A stretch of 60,681 bases of DNA, taken from the IMG/VR virus record IMGVR_UViG_3300037343_000006, positions 1 to 60,681 of that record; one strand, given 5' to 3'. Both the position numbers and the translations under genes were made by a program. Position 1 is the first letter of the stretch, and the number at the start of each line of letters is the position of its first letter. This DNA is from a virus. Taxonomy: Duplodnaviria > Caudoviricetes. Below the pieces are notes generated by a model. The model worked only from the letters and a program-made list of their open reading frames with translations. It made no database searches and was not told the DNA's origin. Of the stretch, positions 44,801 to 55,255 are shown piece after piece.

Positions 44801-45430
44801 ATGGATTACGCCGAGCTGAAAGCAAACATCGAAGATATCTGTGAAACGTCGTTCACCGACGACCAGCTTGCCATGTTTGTTAAACAGGCGGAGCAGAAAA
44901 TATACAATACGGTCCAGATTCCGGAACTCCGCAAGAACGTGACGGGTACGGTAACCTCTGGGAACAAGTACCTTTCTATGCCCGAAGATTTCCTGTACTC
45001 TTTCAGTATGGCGGTTGTAGAGGAGTCCGGTAATTATTCGTACTTGCTTAACAAGGACGTAAATTTTATCCGGGAAGCCTACCCTGCGCCGGGGGGTATT
45101 GGCGTACCCAAACACTACGCGTTTTTTGACGGTAACGCATTTATTTTGGGCCCTACACCCAATGCGGACTACACCGTAGAACTGCATTACGGATACTACC
45201 CGGAGTCCATCGTTACCGCAGGTACGACGTGGCTAGGGAACGAGTTTGATTCAGCGCTACTAAACGGTGCGCTGGTTGAAGCTATCCGCTTCTTGAAAGG
45301 CGAGCAGGACGTCGTCAACATGTACAATCAACTGTATGTGCTTGCGATCGGGCTGCTCAAGAATCTCGGGGATGGCAAAATGCGTCAGGACACATACCGT
45401 TCTGGCCAAGTACGCACTGCCGTGAGCTAA
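44801..45430 (+). CDS. Putative tail adaptor/tubular protein
   Basis: 209 aa; GVPKHYA, LGPTP, LLNGALVEA..FLKG. Confidence 0.65.
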   Translation: MDYAELKANIEDICETSFTDDQLAMFVKQAEQKIYNTVQIPELRKNVTGTVTSGNKYLSMPEDFLYSFSMAVVEESGNYSYLLNKDVNFIREAYPAPGGIGVPKHYAFFDGNAFILGPTPNADYTVELHYGYYPESIVTAGTTWLGNEFDSALLNGALVEAIRFLKGEQDVVNMYNQLYVLAIGLLKNLGDGKMRQDTYRSGQVRTAVS

Positions 45431-45441
45431 GGAGATAAGAC

Positions 45442-45861
45442 ATGGCTATCACACAAGCGATGTGCACAAGTTTCAAGACTGAGCTTCTTGGCGGCGTGCA
45501 CGACCTCGACACTGACACGATTAAAATTGCGCTGTTTACTAGCTCGGCGACCCTCGGGGCGACGACTACAGCGTATGCTACAACAAATGAGGTTGCCGGT
45601 ACCGGGTACACCGCTGGGGGCAACACCCTAACTGGGGCAACGATTAGCTCCAGCGGTACAACCGCGATTGTGGACTTTGACAATACTACGTGGGCGTCTT
45701 CGACGATCACTGCGCGCGGTGCGATGCTATACAACGCATCTAAGGCCAATCGAGCTATTGCGATCCTTGATTTTGGGGCTGACAAGACCTCTACTGACGG
45801 CGACTTCACCATCCAGTTCCCGGTAGCGGACGCATCGAACGCTATCCTCCGCATCGCGTAA
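45442..45861 (+). CDS. Conserved virion structural protein
   Basis: 139 aa; [23 protein letters not shown]; TAAGGAG RBS. Confidence 0.7.
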   Translation: MAITQAMCTSFKTELLGGVHDLDTDTIKIALFTSSATLGATTTAYATTNEVAGTGYTAGGNTLTGATISSSGTTAIVDFDNTTWASSTITARGAMLYNASKANRAIAILDFGADKTSTDGDFTIQFPVADASNAILRIA

Positions 45862-45871
45862 GGACATAAAA

Positions 45872-46486
45872 ATGGTCACTCTCGTAAACAGAGCCAAAGT
45901 TGCTACCGCCACGACTGGCACTGGTACAATCACGCTTGGCTCTGCTGAGAGTGGCTACCAGACCTTTGCTGATGCTGGTGTGGTCGATGCTAATGTGGTC
46001 CGCTACGTCATTGAAGATGGCACAGCTTGGGAGATTGGTTCAGGCACCTATACGGCCACTGGGACTACGTTGTCACGCACGTTAGGGGAAAGCTCGACAG
46101 GCGCTCTGTTGGACCTCTCAGGTACTGCTGTGGTGTATGTGTCGGTAGCGGCGGATGATCTACAGAGTGCCATAGGGTTTTCCGACAGCCAGACTGCCAC
46201 TACGTCTAGCACTGCGTCTACAGTCATCGCTACCTACGCCACAACCACGTATAACGCAGCTAAGATTGTTGTTGTGGCTGACAACGGCACAGACCGCACG
46301 GTAAGCGAGCTGCTCGTTACGTGGAAGGGGGCCACGGCCTATGCGACTGAGTATGCCGTCGTAAATACGGGTACGGCTTCTTTGGCAAGTTATGACGTAG
46401 ATGTATCCGGTGGGAACTTCCGTATCGTTGTCACTGCAGCTTCTTCTACATCGACCAACTACACGGTAAAGGCGATCGTGCTATAA
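45872..46486 (+). CDS. Tail fibre-related protein
   Basis: 204 aa, Thr-rich; [18 protein letters not shown]-terminal module. Confidence 0.6.
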   Translation: MVTLVNRAKVATATTGTGTITLGSAESGYQTFADAGVVDANVVRYVIEDGTAWEIGSGTYTATGTTLSRTLGESSTGALLDLSGTAVVYVSVAADDLQSAIGFSDSQTATTSSTASTVIATYATTTYNAAKIVVVADNGTDRTVSELLVTWKGATAYATEYAVVNTGTASLASYDVDVSGGNFRIVVTAASSTSTNYTVKAIVL

Positions 46487-46513
46487 CCAGCCTAACTAGG
46501 GGAGAGTGAACCT

Positions 46514-48430
46514 ATGGCTAACGACAAAGATTTTCGTATCAAGAACGGCTTGCAGCTGGGCGGCAGCTTGGTGGAAGCCGTTGGAACGATCACAGGCACA
46601 ACTCTTGACCTGACTTCTGGTAACGTGTTCAGCTACACACCTACGGCGGAAACTACGTTTGTGTTTAGCAACCCCCCTACGACGGGTACTGCCCTCGGAT
46701 TTACGCTTGAACTCAATGGTGAATTTATTGATGGCGGCTATGACCTAGCTAATGCAGAGCCACCTGCTTATGGGTACTTCTCTGTATCTGCTCAAGACAC
46801 AAATCCAAACGGAGTGTTCTTCAAACCAGACGGCACAAAGATGTACGTTATTGGGTCTACTGGAGATGATGTAAACGAATATGATCTAAGCACAGCTTGG
46901 GATGTTTCTACTGCATCTTACCTTCAGAACTTCAGTGTTTCCGCTCAAGAAAGCCAGCCACAAGGTATCTTCTTTAAACCCGATGGCACAAAGATGTATG
47001 TTATTGGTCGTCTTGGAGACAATGTTAATGAGTATGATCTGAGTACAGCTTGGGATGTAACGTCGGCCAGTTACTTACAGAACTTCAGTGTCGCTGCCCA
47101 AGAACTAGAACCAACCGGTATCTTCTTCAAACCTGATGGCACTAAGATGTACGTTATTGGGTTCAGTGGAGATGATGTTAATGAGTATGACCTAAGCACA
47201 GCTTGGGATGTAACTTCAGCTTCTTACCTTCAGAACTTCAGTGTTGCTACTCAAGAAACAACTCCAACCGGTATCTTCTTCAAACCCGATGGCACAAAGA
47301 TGTACGTTATTGGGTCTACTGGAGATGATGTAAACGAATATGATCTAAGCACAGCTTGGGATGTTTCTACTGCATCTTACCTTCAGAACTTCAGTGTTTC
47401 CGCTCAAGAAAGCCAGCCACAAGGTATCTTCTTTAAACCCGATGGCACAAGGATGTATGTTATTGGGGCTTCTGGAGCTGCAGTCTTTTCCTACACCCTA
47501 AGCACAGCTTGGGACCTAAGCGCTGCCGGCACTGAAGGGTACTTCAGTGTTGCTGCTCAAGAAACAACTCCCAGCGGCATTTTCTTCAAACCAGACGGCA
47601 CTAAGATGTACGTTATTGGGTTCAGTGGAGATGATGTTAATGAGTATGACCTAAGCACGGCTTGGAATGTTTCTACTGCATCTTACCTTCAGAACTTCAG
47701 TGTTGCTGCTCAAGAAACAGCTCCAGCCGGCATCTTCTTCAAACCTGATGGCACTAAGATGTATGTTCTTGGGCAAGCTGGAGACGATGTTAATGAGTAT
47801 GACCTAAGCACAGCTTGGGATGTATCTTCAGCTAGTTACCTTCAGAACTTCAGTGTTGCTGCTCAAGAAACAACTCCGACCGGTATCTTCTTCAAGCCCG
47901 ATGGCACTAAGATGTATGTTATTGGGTCTACTGGGGATTATGTTAATGAGTACGACCTAAGCACAGCTTGGGATGTTTCTTCAGCTAGTTACCTTCAGAA
48001 CTTCAGTGTTGCTACTCAAGAAACAACTCCAACCGGTATCTTCTTCAAACCCGATGGCACAAAGATGTACGTTATTGGGCAAGCTGGAGACGATGTTAAT
48101 GAGTATGACCTAAGCACAGCTTGGGATGTTTCTTCAGCTAGTTACCTTCAGAACTTCAGTGTTGCTGCTCAAGAAACAACTCCACAAAGCATTTTCTTCA
48201 AGCCCGATGGCACTAAGATGTATGTTATTGGGTTCAGTGGAAATGCAGTATGGCAATACTCAACAGGCTTTGTCGGAGATGCGACCTTCACATACCCTGC
48301 GTCTGTCGAGTGGCCAGCAGGTACACCCCCTACCTCCCCTGCTGACGGTGAGACAGACCTACTGACATTCCTCACGCAAGATGGTGGCACAACTTACTAC
48401 GGACGCTTGATAGGCGACAACTTCAGCTAA
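46514..48430 (+). CDS. Tail fibre / receptor-binding protein with ten 51-aa beta-propeller repeats
   Basis: FFKPDGT.MYV.G blade repeat x10; directly followed by a fibre-assembly chaperone. Confidence 0.75.
   Translation: MANDKDFRIKNGLQLGGSLVEAVGTITGTTLDLTSGNVFSYTPTAETTFVFSNPPTTGTALGFTLELNGEFIDGGYDLANAEPPAYGYFSVSAQDTNPNGVFFKPDGTKMYVIGSTGDDVNEYDLSTAWDVSTASYLQNFSVSAQESQPQGIFFKPDGTKMYVIGRLGDNVNEYDLSTAWDVTSASYLQNFSVAAQELEPTGIFFKPDGTKMYVIGFSGDDVNEYDLSTAWDVTSASYLQNFSVATQETTPTGIFFKPDGTKMYVIGSTGDDVNEYDLSTAWDVSTASYLQNFSVSAQESQPQGIFFKPDGTRMYVIGASGAAVFSYTLSTAWDLSAAGTEGYFSVAAQETTPSGIFFKPDGTKMYVIGFSGDDVNEYDLSTAWNVSTASYLQNFSVAAQETAPAGIFFKPDGTKMYVLGQAGDDVNEYDLSTAWDVSSASYLQNFSVAAQETTPTGIFFKPDGTKMYVIGSTGDYVNEYDLSTAWDVSSASYLQNFSVATQETTPTGIFFKPDGTKMYVIGQAGDDVNEYDLSTAWDVSSASYLQNFSVAAQETTPQSIFFKPDGTKMYVIGFSGNAVWQYSTGFVGDATFTYPASVEWPAGTPPTSPADGETDLLTFLTQDGGTTYYGRLIGDNFS
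46778..48261 (+). repeat. 153-bp coding tandem repeat, 10 copies (last one partial)
   Basis: Units start at 46778, 46931 and so on; high nucleotide identity between units. Confidence 0.9.
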
Positions 48431-48443
48431 ATAGGATCTCCAA

Positions 48444-48959
48444 ATGCACGTTAAGATCACAAACGACCAGCCCGTAGAATTTCCCTACACAATCGGGCAA
48501 TTTCGTCGTGACCACCCTGAGACTAGCTTTCCTCGCATCATTCCTGACACGATGCTGAAGCGCCATCTGGTGCATCCAGTGATTGAACTGTCTAAGCCAG
48601 CCCATGAGCCGTTGGTACAAAATTTAGTAATGGGCGATATGCCTCACAAAGAGGTGATCCGTCTGAAGACAGAAAACGACGCCACAAACCATATCACAGG
48701 CGAGGTAGACCAGTCTCAGGTAGGTCAGCCTATTCACGGTAATCGCTGGTTCATTGGCTACACGGTCGTCAATAGGCCACAAGATCAGGCGGAGGCAGCG
48801 GTTCGCAACCATCGTGACCAACTCCTGCAAGCAACAGACTGGCAAGCGTTAAGCGACAACACCATGAGCGAGGCAATGACAACCTACCGTCAAGCCCTGC
48901 GCGATGTGCCAGATCAGGATGGGTTCCCGTATAGCGTGACTTGGCCCACCAAACCTTGA
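48444..48959 (+). CDS. Tail fibre assembly chaperone
   Basis: RNHRDQLLQATDW...YRQALRDVP..GFP..VTWPTKP. Confidence 0.8.
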   Translation: MHVKITNDQPVEFPYTIGQFRRDHPETSFPRIIPDTMLKRHLVHPVIELSKPAHEPLVQNLVMGDMPHKEVIRLKTENDATNHITGEVDQSQVGQPIHGNRWFIGYTVVNRPQDQAEAAVRNHRDQLLQATDWQALSDNTMSEAMTTYRQALRDVPDQDGFPYSVTWPTKP

Positions 48960-48970
48960 GGTAAGCCCCC

Positions 48971-49594
48971 ATGCTCGGTTTCTCCCCACTAGCGTCTACG
49001 CCCCTCGCTGCGCTCCCTGAGGGCGCAATAACCGTTTCTGGGGTGTTGGCTACTGGGCAGGTTGGGTCGGTCATTGTTAGCCTTCCTATAGACGTACTGG
49101 TAACTGGTGTTGCGGCGGCGGGAGCGCTAGGCTCAGTAACTGTATTTGGCACCTCCATAGTAACGCCAGCTGGCGTTGTAGCTACTGGCGCGGTGGGTAA
49201 TGTCGCCTCCTCCGCAAACTCTACGATCCTGCTTACTGGGGTTGTAGGTACAGGGCAGACGGGAACCGCGACTGTGTCCATCGCGGTAGACGCAAACGTT
49301 TTCGGGGTGTTCGCCCAGTCAGCGGTAGGAACCACAGCGCAAACTGGCGGGGCTAGCGTAGCCCCAGCCGGAGTATTTGCGGACGCAGGGCTAGGCACTG
49401 CGATAGCGTCGATACCGGTTACGTTCTCGGTTATCGGCAACAGCGCCAACGGGCTTGTTGGAGACGTCACTTATGTGTATAACCAGATAGTGAACGTCAC
49501 CGGCGTGCAGGGCACGGGGTTGGTCGGCAAGATCAACATCTGGGACGAAATAAACGATTCACAAACGCCCTTCTGGGTAGAAATTCCTACGTAG
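48971..49594 (+). CDS. Virion structural protein with VTGV-type repeats
   Basis: 207 aa; MLGFSPLAS.P.A start; Val/Gly/Thr/Ala repeats. Confidence 0.6.
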   Translation: MLGFSPLASTPLAALPEGAITVSGVLATGQVGSVIVSLPIDVLVTGVAAAGALGSVTVFGTSIVTPAGVVATGAVGNVASSANSTILLTGVVGTGQTGTATVSIAVDANVFGVFAQSAVGTTAQTGGASVAPAGVFADAGLGTAIASIPVTFSVIGNSANGLVGDVTYVYNQIVNVTGVQGTGLVGKINIWDEINDSQTPFWVEIPT

Positions 49595-49603
49595 AGGTCC
49601 CTG

Positions 49604-51001
49604 ATGGCAAGCACATTCTCTAACCTCAAGATCGAACTCATAGGTGACGGCGAACAAGTTAGTGTGTGGGGGGCCACCACTAACAACAACTTAGAAGCTA
49701 TTGAGCAGGCAGTCGGTGGGTACGCGGACGTAGATTTTGCGACCGACGCGGACAAAACATTAACCTACGTGGACAGTAACGCTGCACAGCCGTTCCGGGC
49801 CCTATACTTTAACGTGACATCTACCGGATCGCTTACAGCTACACGCAAGCTAATTCTGCCCGCAGTGCAGAAGATGTATATTGTAAAGAACGCCACGACC
49901 GGCGGGCAGACTATTACAGTAGAAATTAGCGGGGGTACGGGTGTCGATATCCCCAACGGTGAAACCTACATCATCTACGCTGACGGCACTGACGTTGTCT
50001 ACGCCGCGCCGGGGCTGTTCTACTTCGATGAGATCAAAGTTCTATCCGCACCCAACGCCACGGTGCCGGTCATTGCGTTGAAGGCAGAAGGCGCGGAAAC
50101 CAACATAGATGTGGCAATCGTACCCAAAGGCGCCGGTGCCCTGACGGCTGATGTGGCTGACAATACCTCTGCGGGGGGCAACAAACGCGGCGCTGGCGCG
50201 GTGGATTTGCAAACTTCTCGGGTGGCTGCGTCTGACGTCGCCGCGGCACCAGCATCAACGATCTCCGGAGGTTCCGATAACTCCGTCTCCGCGACCGCTA
50301 ATAGTGCCGTTGTTGCGGGTGGCGCGACGAACCAAGCCAACGCCGTCGCTTCTGTGGTATCAGGAGGTAGCACAAACAACGTTGCCGCTACTGCGCTGTA
50401 CAGCGCCGTCTCGGGCGGTAGAGATAACAGTACGCAAGCACAGTACACCGTCGTGGGTGGGGGGCGCGATAATGCGATCGAGGCTAACGCCGACTATTCT
50501 ATTGTGTCGGGTGGGTACCGGGCTGTAGCTGCGCGGTACGGGCAGGAGGTTATCGCCTCCGGTGCGTTTGCCACCGCTGACGGGACGGCCCAACTCTCCC
50601 GCCAAGTGCTCCGTGCAGAAACATCTGGCAACGCTATTACCCGCCTTACTTCTGATGGATCGGGAACCGCTAACGCCTACAACGTGGTAAACCTACCCGC
50701 CAACGCCTTGTATGCCGTGCACGCTATTCTCGGGGCTAAAGATACAAACCCAGCGGTTGCCGATTCCCGCATGTGGGAAATTAAAGCGCTACTTAAGCGG
50801 GGTACGCTCGCGTCGTCTACTGAACTTGTGGGCACAGCAACCATTACCAACATTGCCGAAGATGCCGGTGCGTCCGGGTGGGTCGTAGCCGTAACCGCCG
50901 ACACCACGAACGGGGCTGTGTCCATAACAGTTACCGGGGCGGTAGCCACGACAATTCGTTGGGTTTGCAGCGTGTCTACTACTGAACTGGGTAATGGGTG
51001 A
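49604..51001 (+). CDS. Tail fibre/spike protein
   Basis: 465 aa; GEQ...WG.TTN.NL N-terminal anchor; SGG..N beta-roll repeats. Confidence 0.7.
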   Translation: MASTFSNLKIELIGDGEQVSVWGATTNNNLEAIEQAVGGYADVDFATDADKTLTYVDSNAAQPFRALYFNVTSTGSLTATRKLILPAVQKMYIVKNATTGGQTITVEISGGTGVDIPNGETYIIYADGTDVVYAAPGLFYFDEIKVLSAPNATVPVIALKAEGAETNIDVAIVPKGAGALTADVADNTSAGGNKRGAGAVDLQTSRVAASDVAAAPASTISGGSDNSVSATANSAVVAGGATNQANAVASVVSGGSTNNVAATALYSAVSGGRDNSTQAQYTVVGGGRDNAIEANADYSIVSGGYRAVAARYGQEVIASGAFATADGTAQLSRQVLRAETSGNAITRLTSDGSGTANAYNVVNLPANALYAVHAILGAKDTNPAVADSRMWEIKALLKRGTLASSTELVGTATITNIAEDAGASGWVVAVTADTTNGAVSITVTGAVATTIRWVCSVSTTELGNG

Positions 51002-51279
51002 TTACAGTGACCGACGACGCGCGCTTGGAGAGAATGGAAAAGAAGTTGGACACGCTGTCTGAGGCGGTTGTGTCGCTGGCGCGCATGGAAGAGCGTATGA
51101 TTACGCTGTTCAAGCGCATGGATAAATACGATGATGCGCAGACCCGGGTGGTCGACCGGGTCGAGAAAGTAGAGAAGATTACCGTGCAGCGCGGGGTCGT
51201 CTTCCACATGCTAGACAAGTTATTCTGGGTCGTTGTTGGTGCAGGCGTGGCCCTCATAGTAAAGCTAGGGGGGCAGTGA
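50998..51279 (+). CDS. Putative holin-like protein (coiled coil plus one TM)
   Basis: 93 aa; C-terminal LFWVVVGAGVALIV; immediately upstream of the endolysin. Confidence 0.5.
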   Translation: MITVTDDARLERMEKKLDTLSEAVVSLARMEERMITLFKRMDKYDDAQTRVVDRVEKVEKITVQRGVVFHMLDKLFWVVVGAGVALIVKLGGQ

Positions 51280-51944
51280 TGCGCGAGATAGACGAGATCA
51301 TCATCCACTGCACCGCTACCCGCCCCGAGTGGTGGAAAACCAGAACCACTAACCAGAAAGTCGCCGAGGTGCGTCGCTGGCATGTCGAAGAAAACGGTTG
51401 GGCAGATATTGGCTACGCCACCCTTATTGACCGGAACGGCACCCGTGCCGCGGGGCGCGACCTCAACAACGATGGAGATACCTTCGATGACATCGGAGCG
51501 CACACCAAGGGCCGCAACTCGCGGTCTATCGGCATTGCACTGTTTGGTGGGCATGGTTCGGCGGCCAACGGCAAGTTTGAGGACAACTTTACTCCAGAGC
51601 AGGATGCCGAGCTACGCAAGCTGATCGCGGAGCTGAAAGAACGGTTCCCGACGATCAAGAAGGTATCCGGCCACAACGAATACGCCAACAAAGCGTGCCC
51701 CGGGTTTAACGTAAAGCACTGGCTAGAGCAGGCCCCAGAGCGGGAGTCGCTGGCGGAATCGCGCACGATTCAGATGTCGCAGGTAGCAAAAGCTGCTGCC
51801 ACCGCCGGGCCCGTTGTAGGATACTTCGCGGATATGCCGTGGCAAAACCTGCTAATCTTGTCTGCTTTAACCCTCGTTGTCCTTATGGCAACAGGAGTAA
51901 TCGACGTTGAGCGCGTCCGGAAATGGCGGCGTGGTGTTCGGTAA
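51279..51944 (+). CDS. Endolysin, N-acetylmuramoyl-L-alanine amidase (Amidase_2 / T7 lysozyme-like)
   Basis: IIIHCTAT, GWADIGY, GAHTKG.N..SIGI, GHNE...KACPGF. Confidence 0.9.
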   Translation: MREIDEIIIHCTATRPEWWKTRTTNQKVAEVRRWHVEENGWADIGYATLIDRNGTRAAGRDLNNDGDTFDDIGAHTKGRNSRSIGIALFGGHGSAANGKFEDNFTPEQDAELRKLIAELKERFPTIKKVSGHNEYANKACPGFNVKHWLEQAPERESLAESRTIQMSQVAKAAATAGPVVGYFADMPWQNLLILSALTLVVLMATGVIDVERVRKWRRGVR

Positions 51945-52167
51945 GCTACGCATATGGGCTGTGGCCGCAGCAGTGGCCCTAGCTGTAGTAGCAGCCGCCT
52001 ATTTTCGCGGACGTAGTGAGGCAAACTCTGATGCGCAGGTAAAGGGCTACCAGAACACGATAGACAAGATGCGAACTGCTAGGGAGGTTGACCGTGAAAT
52101 CGAGATTCTGGACGATACCGGCCTCGCTGATCGTGCTTCTAAGTGGCTGCGCGACGCTGGTAAATGA
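51934..52167 (+). CDS. Putative i-spanin (Rz-like)
   Basis: N-terminal TM (IWAVAAAVALAVVAAAYF) plus short helical domain, after the endolysin. Confidence 0.6.
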   Translation: MFGKLRIWAVAAAVALAVVAAAYFRGRSEANSDAQVKGYQNTIDKMRTAREVDREIEILDDTGLADRASKWLRDAGK

Positions 52168-52300
52168 CACATACTGCGACCTAACAGAACTGCATTTATT
52201 TGCTGACGCGCATGTTGTAGAGTGGTTGCTAAGAAATGACCGCGAGCTGCTGCAAAGCATCGTTGCGGCTAACGAGAAGTATGACCGCCTATGCCCCTGA
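52094..52300 (+). CDS. Putative o-spanin lipoprotein (Rz1-like)
   Basis: GGAGG RBS, GTG start, signal peptide with lipobox LLSG-C; overlaps the i-spanin. Confidence 0.7.
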   Translation: MKSRFWTIPASLIVLLSGCATLVNDTYCDLTELHLFADAHVVEWLLRNDRELLQSIVAANEKYDRLCP

Positions 52301-54147
52301 AGAAGCTCGTATTCAAGCCCGGCATCAACCGCGAACGCACGGACTACACCAACGAGGGTGGGTGGTTCGACTGTGACAAGGTGCGTTTTCGGCAGGGGTT
52401 TCCGGAAAAGATCGGCGGCTGGCGGCGTATTTCTACGGCGGCGTTCCAAGGTGTGTGCCGGTCACTTCTGAAGTGGGTAACGCTAAACGGGGTGAGCCAT
52501 ATAGGCGTCGGCACGAACTTAAAGTTCTATATCGAGGGTGGCGGTGTCTACAACGACGTGACCCCAATCCGCGCTACGACCAGCCTGACTAACCCCATAA
52601 ATACCACCAGCGGGTCGGCGGCGATCGAGATTCTAGACGCAGCTGGCGGCTTCGTTACTGGCGACTTCGTCACTCTTTCTGGTGCTTCGGACGTAGGCGG
52701 CATCCCTGCGGCGGCGATCAACAAAGAACACCAGCTCACGGTCACAGGCACGAACACATACTCGGTTGATGTGGGTGTGGCAGCTACGTCTACCGTTACC
52801 GGGGGCGGCGGGTCAATCACCGCTGCGTACCAGATAAACGTCGGGGCTGAGTTTTCTATACCACTCGTCGGGTGGAGCGCAGGTAGTTGGGGTCAGGGGG
52901 CGTGGGGTGTAGGTGTATCGACGGCAAACCCAATCCGGTTGTGGAGTCAAGCTAACTTCGGCGAGGACCTTATCTTCGGTCCGCGGGGTGGCGGCATCTA
53001 TTATTGGGATGCTTCAAACGGGGTGGGTACGCGCGCAGTAGTCTTAACATCCCTCCCCGGTGCGTCAAACGTCCCGACAATTCATAACTTTACCCTCGTG
53101 TCTGACATTAGCCGGTTTGTATTCGCTTTCGGGTGCAACGATCTGGGCAGCTCGACGCAAGACCCCCTGCTGATTCGGTGGTCAGACCAAGAAAACGCAG
53201 CGGAGTGGACTCCCTCGGCAACAAACCAAGCTGGAGGACTACCCCTGTCTCGGGGAACTGCGATCATAACGGCCATCCAGTCACGTCAGGAAATTCTCGT
53301 TTGGACAGACTCCTCACTATATTCCCTGCAGTATATCGGCGGGGAAGAGGGTTGGGGCGCGCAGCTCGTCGGGGACAACATTTCAATCGCATCCCAGAAC
53401 GCAGTGGCGTACGCTAATGGCGTAGCTTACTGGATGGGGCGTGATAAGTTCTATATGTACGATGGTCGGACGCTCCCGCTCCCGTGCGATGTCCGGCGGT
53501 TTATATTCACCGACTTTAATGACAAGCAGTATGCACAAGTATTTGGGGGCACAAACGAGGCGTACCACGAAATCTGGTGGTTCTATTGCTCTGCAAATCA
53601 GCTAGAGATCGACCGCTACGTCGTCTACAACTACCTCGAAAACACGTGGTACTACGGCACCATGGGTCGCACGGCATGGTTGGATACTGGCCTGCAAGAG
53701 AACCCGATCGCTGCTACCTACCAGCGCAACCTTGTGAACCACGAGGTCGGGGTCGACGAGGATATCGACGGTGTGAACCAGCCGATTGAGGCGTACATCA
53801 CGTCTACTCAATTCGATATTGAGGACGGCGATAGGTTTTCGTTTATCTGGCGCGTCCTACCGGATATTACGTTCCGTGGGTCTACTTCAGCTAATCCCGC
53901 CGCGCAGCTCACCATAATCCCTATGAACAACTCAGGCTCGGGCCATAACAACCCGCAGTCTGTTGGGGGTAGCAGCACTGGCACTATCGCGCGTACCGCG
54001 GTCCTTCCAGTGCAAGCGTTTACACAGCAGCTCGACATTCGTGTCCGCGGTCGGCAGCTCGTCCTCAAGCTGGAGTCCAACGAGCTTGGCGTGCAGTGGC
54101 AGCTCGGCTCTCCGCGCATTGACCTGCGCCCTGACGGGAGGCGCTAA
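52291..54147 (+). CDS. Putative tail nozzle / DNA-stabilisation protein
   Basis: 618 aa, beta-rich; KVRFR.G.PEKIGGW, IRWSDQE, D.RPDGRR; precedes the ejection proteins. Confidence 0.65.
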   Translation: MPLKKLVFKPGINRERTDYTNEGGWFDCDKVRFRQGFPEKIGGWRRISTAAFQGVCRSLLKWVTLNGVSHIGVGTNLKFYIEGGGVYNDVTPIRATTSLTNPINTTSGSAAIEILDAAGGFVTGDFVTLSGASDVGGIPAAAINKEHQLTVTGTNTYSVDVGVAATSTVTGGGGSITAAYQINVGAEFSIPLVGWSAGSWGQGAWGVGVSTANPIRLWSQANFGEDLIFGPRGGGIYYWDASNGVGTRAVVLTSLPGASNVPTIHNFTLVSDISRFVFAFGCNDLGSSTQDPLLIRWSDQENAAEWTPSATNQAGGLPLSRGTAIITAIQSRQEILVWTDSSLYSLQYIGGEEGWGAQLVGDNISIASQNAVAYANGVAYWMGRDKFYMYDGRTLPLPCDVRRFIFTDFNDKQYAQVFGGTNEAYHEIWWFYCSANQLEIDRYVVYNYLENTWYYGTMGRTAWLDTGLQENPIAATYQRNLVNHEVGVDEDIDGVNQPIEAYITSTQFDIEDGDRFSFIWRVLPDITFRGSTSANPAAQLTIIPMNNSGSGHNNPQSVGGSSTGTIARTAVLPVQAFTQQLDIRVRGRQLVLKLESNELGVQWQLGSPRIDLRPDGRR

Positions 54148-54770
54148 TGTCTAACCGCATCGAACGCCCACAACCTCCCGCGCTTCCTCAGCCGCCTGCT
54201 GGGTACGACCGCCGCTATACCGACCAGCTCAACAACGTGTTGCGGCTGTTCTTTCGGCGGCTCACCGCCACAGTGAACGAGTTGCTTAGCACTGAAGACG
54301 GCGGGCGGTACCTGTACATGCCTCGTGGCTTGTTCTACAGCACTGCCGACCAGACTGCCGCGGCTACAAACACTGGATACCCCGTTGAGTTAGAAACTAC
54401 CTACCTTGGAAACGGGGTTAGTATCGGCGGCACCAACGACACGCGCGTCACCGTATCTGCGGATGGTGTGTATAACTTCCAGTTTTCTCTGCAGTTAGAG
54501 CATTCGGGCGGGAGTGCGTGTGCGTTGTGGGTGTGGATTAACAAGAACGGCACTGATGTGCCGTACGGGGCCCACCGCTATACGATCAAGGGAAATGATT
54601 ACTTTGCGGTTAATTGGAACTTCTCTATAGACTTAACCGCAGGGCAGTACGTCGAGATGTACTGGGCCGCGGACGACACAGGACTTACAATCCACTCTGA
54701 GGCTCCGACAGCCCCACATCCGGGTGTTCCCGCTGCGGTTATGGCGGTTAGCTTCGTCAGTAATTTATAG
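54147..54770 (+). CDS. Virion protein with beta-sandwich (C1q/BclA-like) C-terminus
   Basis: 207 aa; GVYNFQFSLQL, WINKNG.DV, YVEMYW. Confidence 0.6.
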   Translation: MSNRIERPQPPALPQPPAGYDRRYTDQLNNVLRLFFRRLTATVNELLSTEDGGRYLYMPRGLFYSTADQTAAATNTGYPVELETTYLGNGVSIGGTNDTRVTVSADGVYNFQFSLQLEHSGGSACALWVWINKNGTDVPYGAHRYTIKGNDYFAVNWNFSIDLTAGQYVEMYWAADDTGLTIHSEAPTAPHPGVPAAVMAVSFVSNL

Positions 54771-54781
54771 GAGTTCGTTTG

Positions 54782-55255
54782 ATGGCGACCGTTACAGACA
54801 GCAAAAAGCAGTTTTTGTCTGCTCCCGAGATCATTATGCGCTTTGCGCAGGAGCTAGACGAATCCGGGTACCCCTTGCAGAATGTGCTCGCAGCCATTGC
54901 GGAAGAACTTAACCTACCAAACACCGATCAAGTGCAGATCGGCAACACCGTGTTCATTGGGCATACCGGTAAGGGTAAGCACAAGAACGTCATGGAGGGT
55001 CGCGCTCTCAACGTAGATACCGCGAATAATTTTCTGCGGGCCGGGCTCAAGTACCTAGCCTATCTGCAAAACAAGGGCATCCGGTACTACCGTACCGACT
55101 TTAAGACTGACCAGTACGTATCGGCGTTTAAGTTCTGGTATAAGAAGGTCGAAGGTTCGGACACCGAGATTGACGTCGTGCAGCTGGATACCGGTATGTA
55201 CCGCGCTTACATTTACATTGGGGACGAGTCCCTCAAAGAGTTCTGGAGAGCCTAA
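54782..55255 (+). CDS. Hypothetical protein
   Basis: 157 aa, AGGAG RBS; its stop overlaps the ATG of the giant ORF. Confidence 0.65.
   Translation: MATVTDSKKQFLSAPEIIMRFAQELDESGYPLQNVLAAIAEELNLPNTDQVQIGNTVFIGHTGKGKHKNVMEGRALNVDTANNFLRAGLKYLAYLQNKGIRYYRTDFKTDQYVSAFKFWYKKVEGSDTEIDVVQLDTGMYRAYIYIGDESLKEFWRA

Noticed and set aside
46778-48261. Diversity-generating retroelement target
   Set aside because: No reverse transcriptase was recognised, all copies are coding, and the differences are not adenine-specific.
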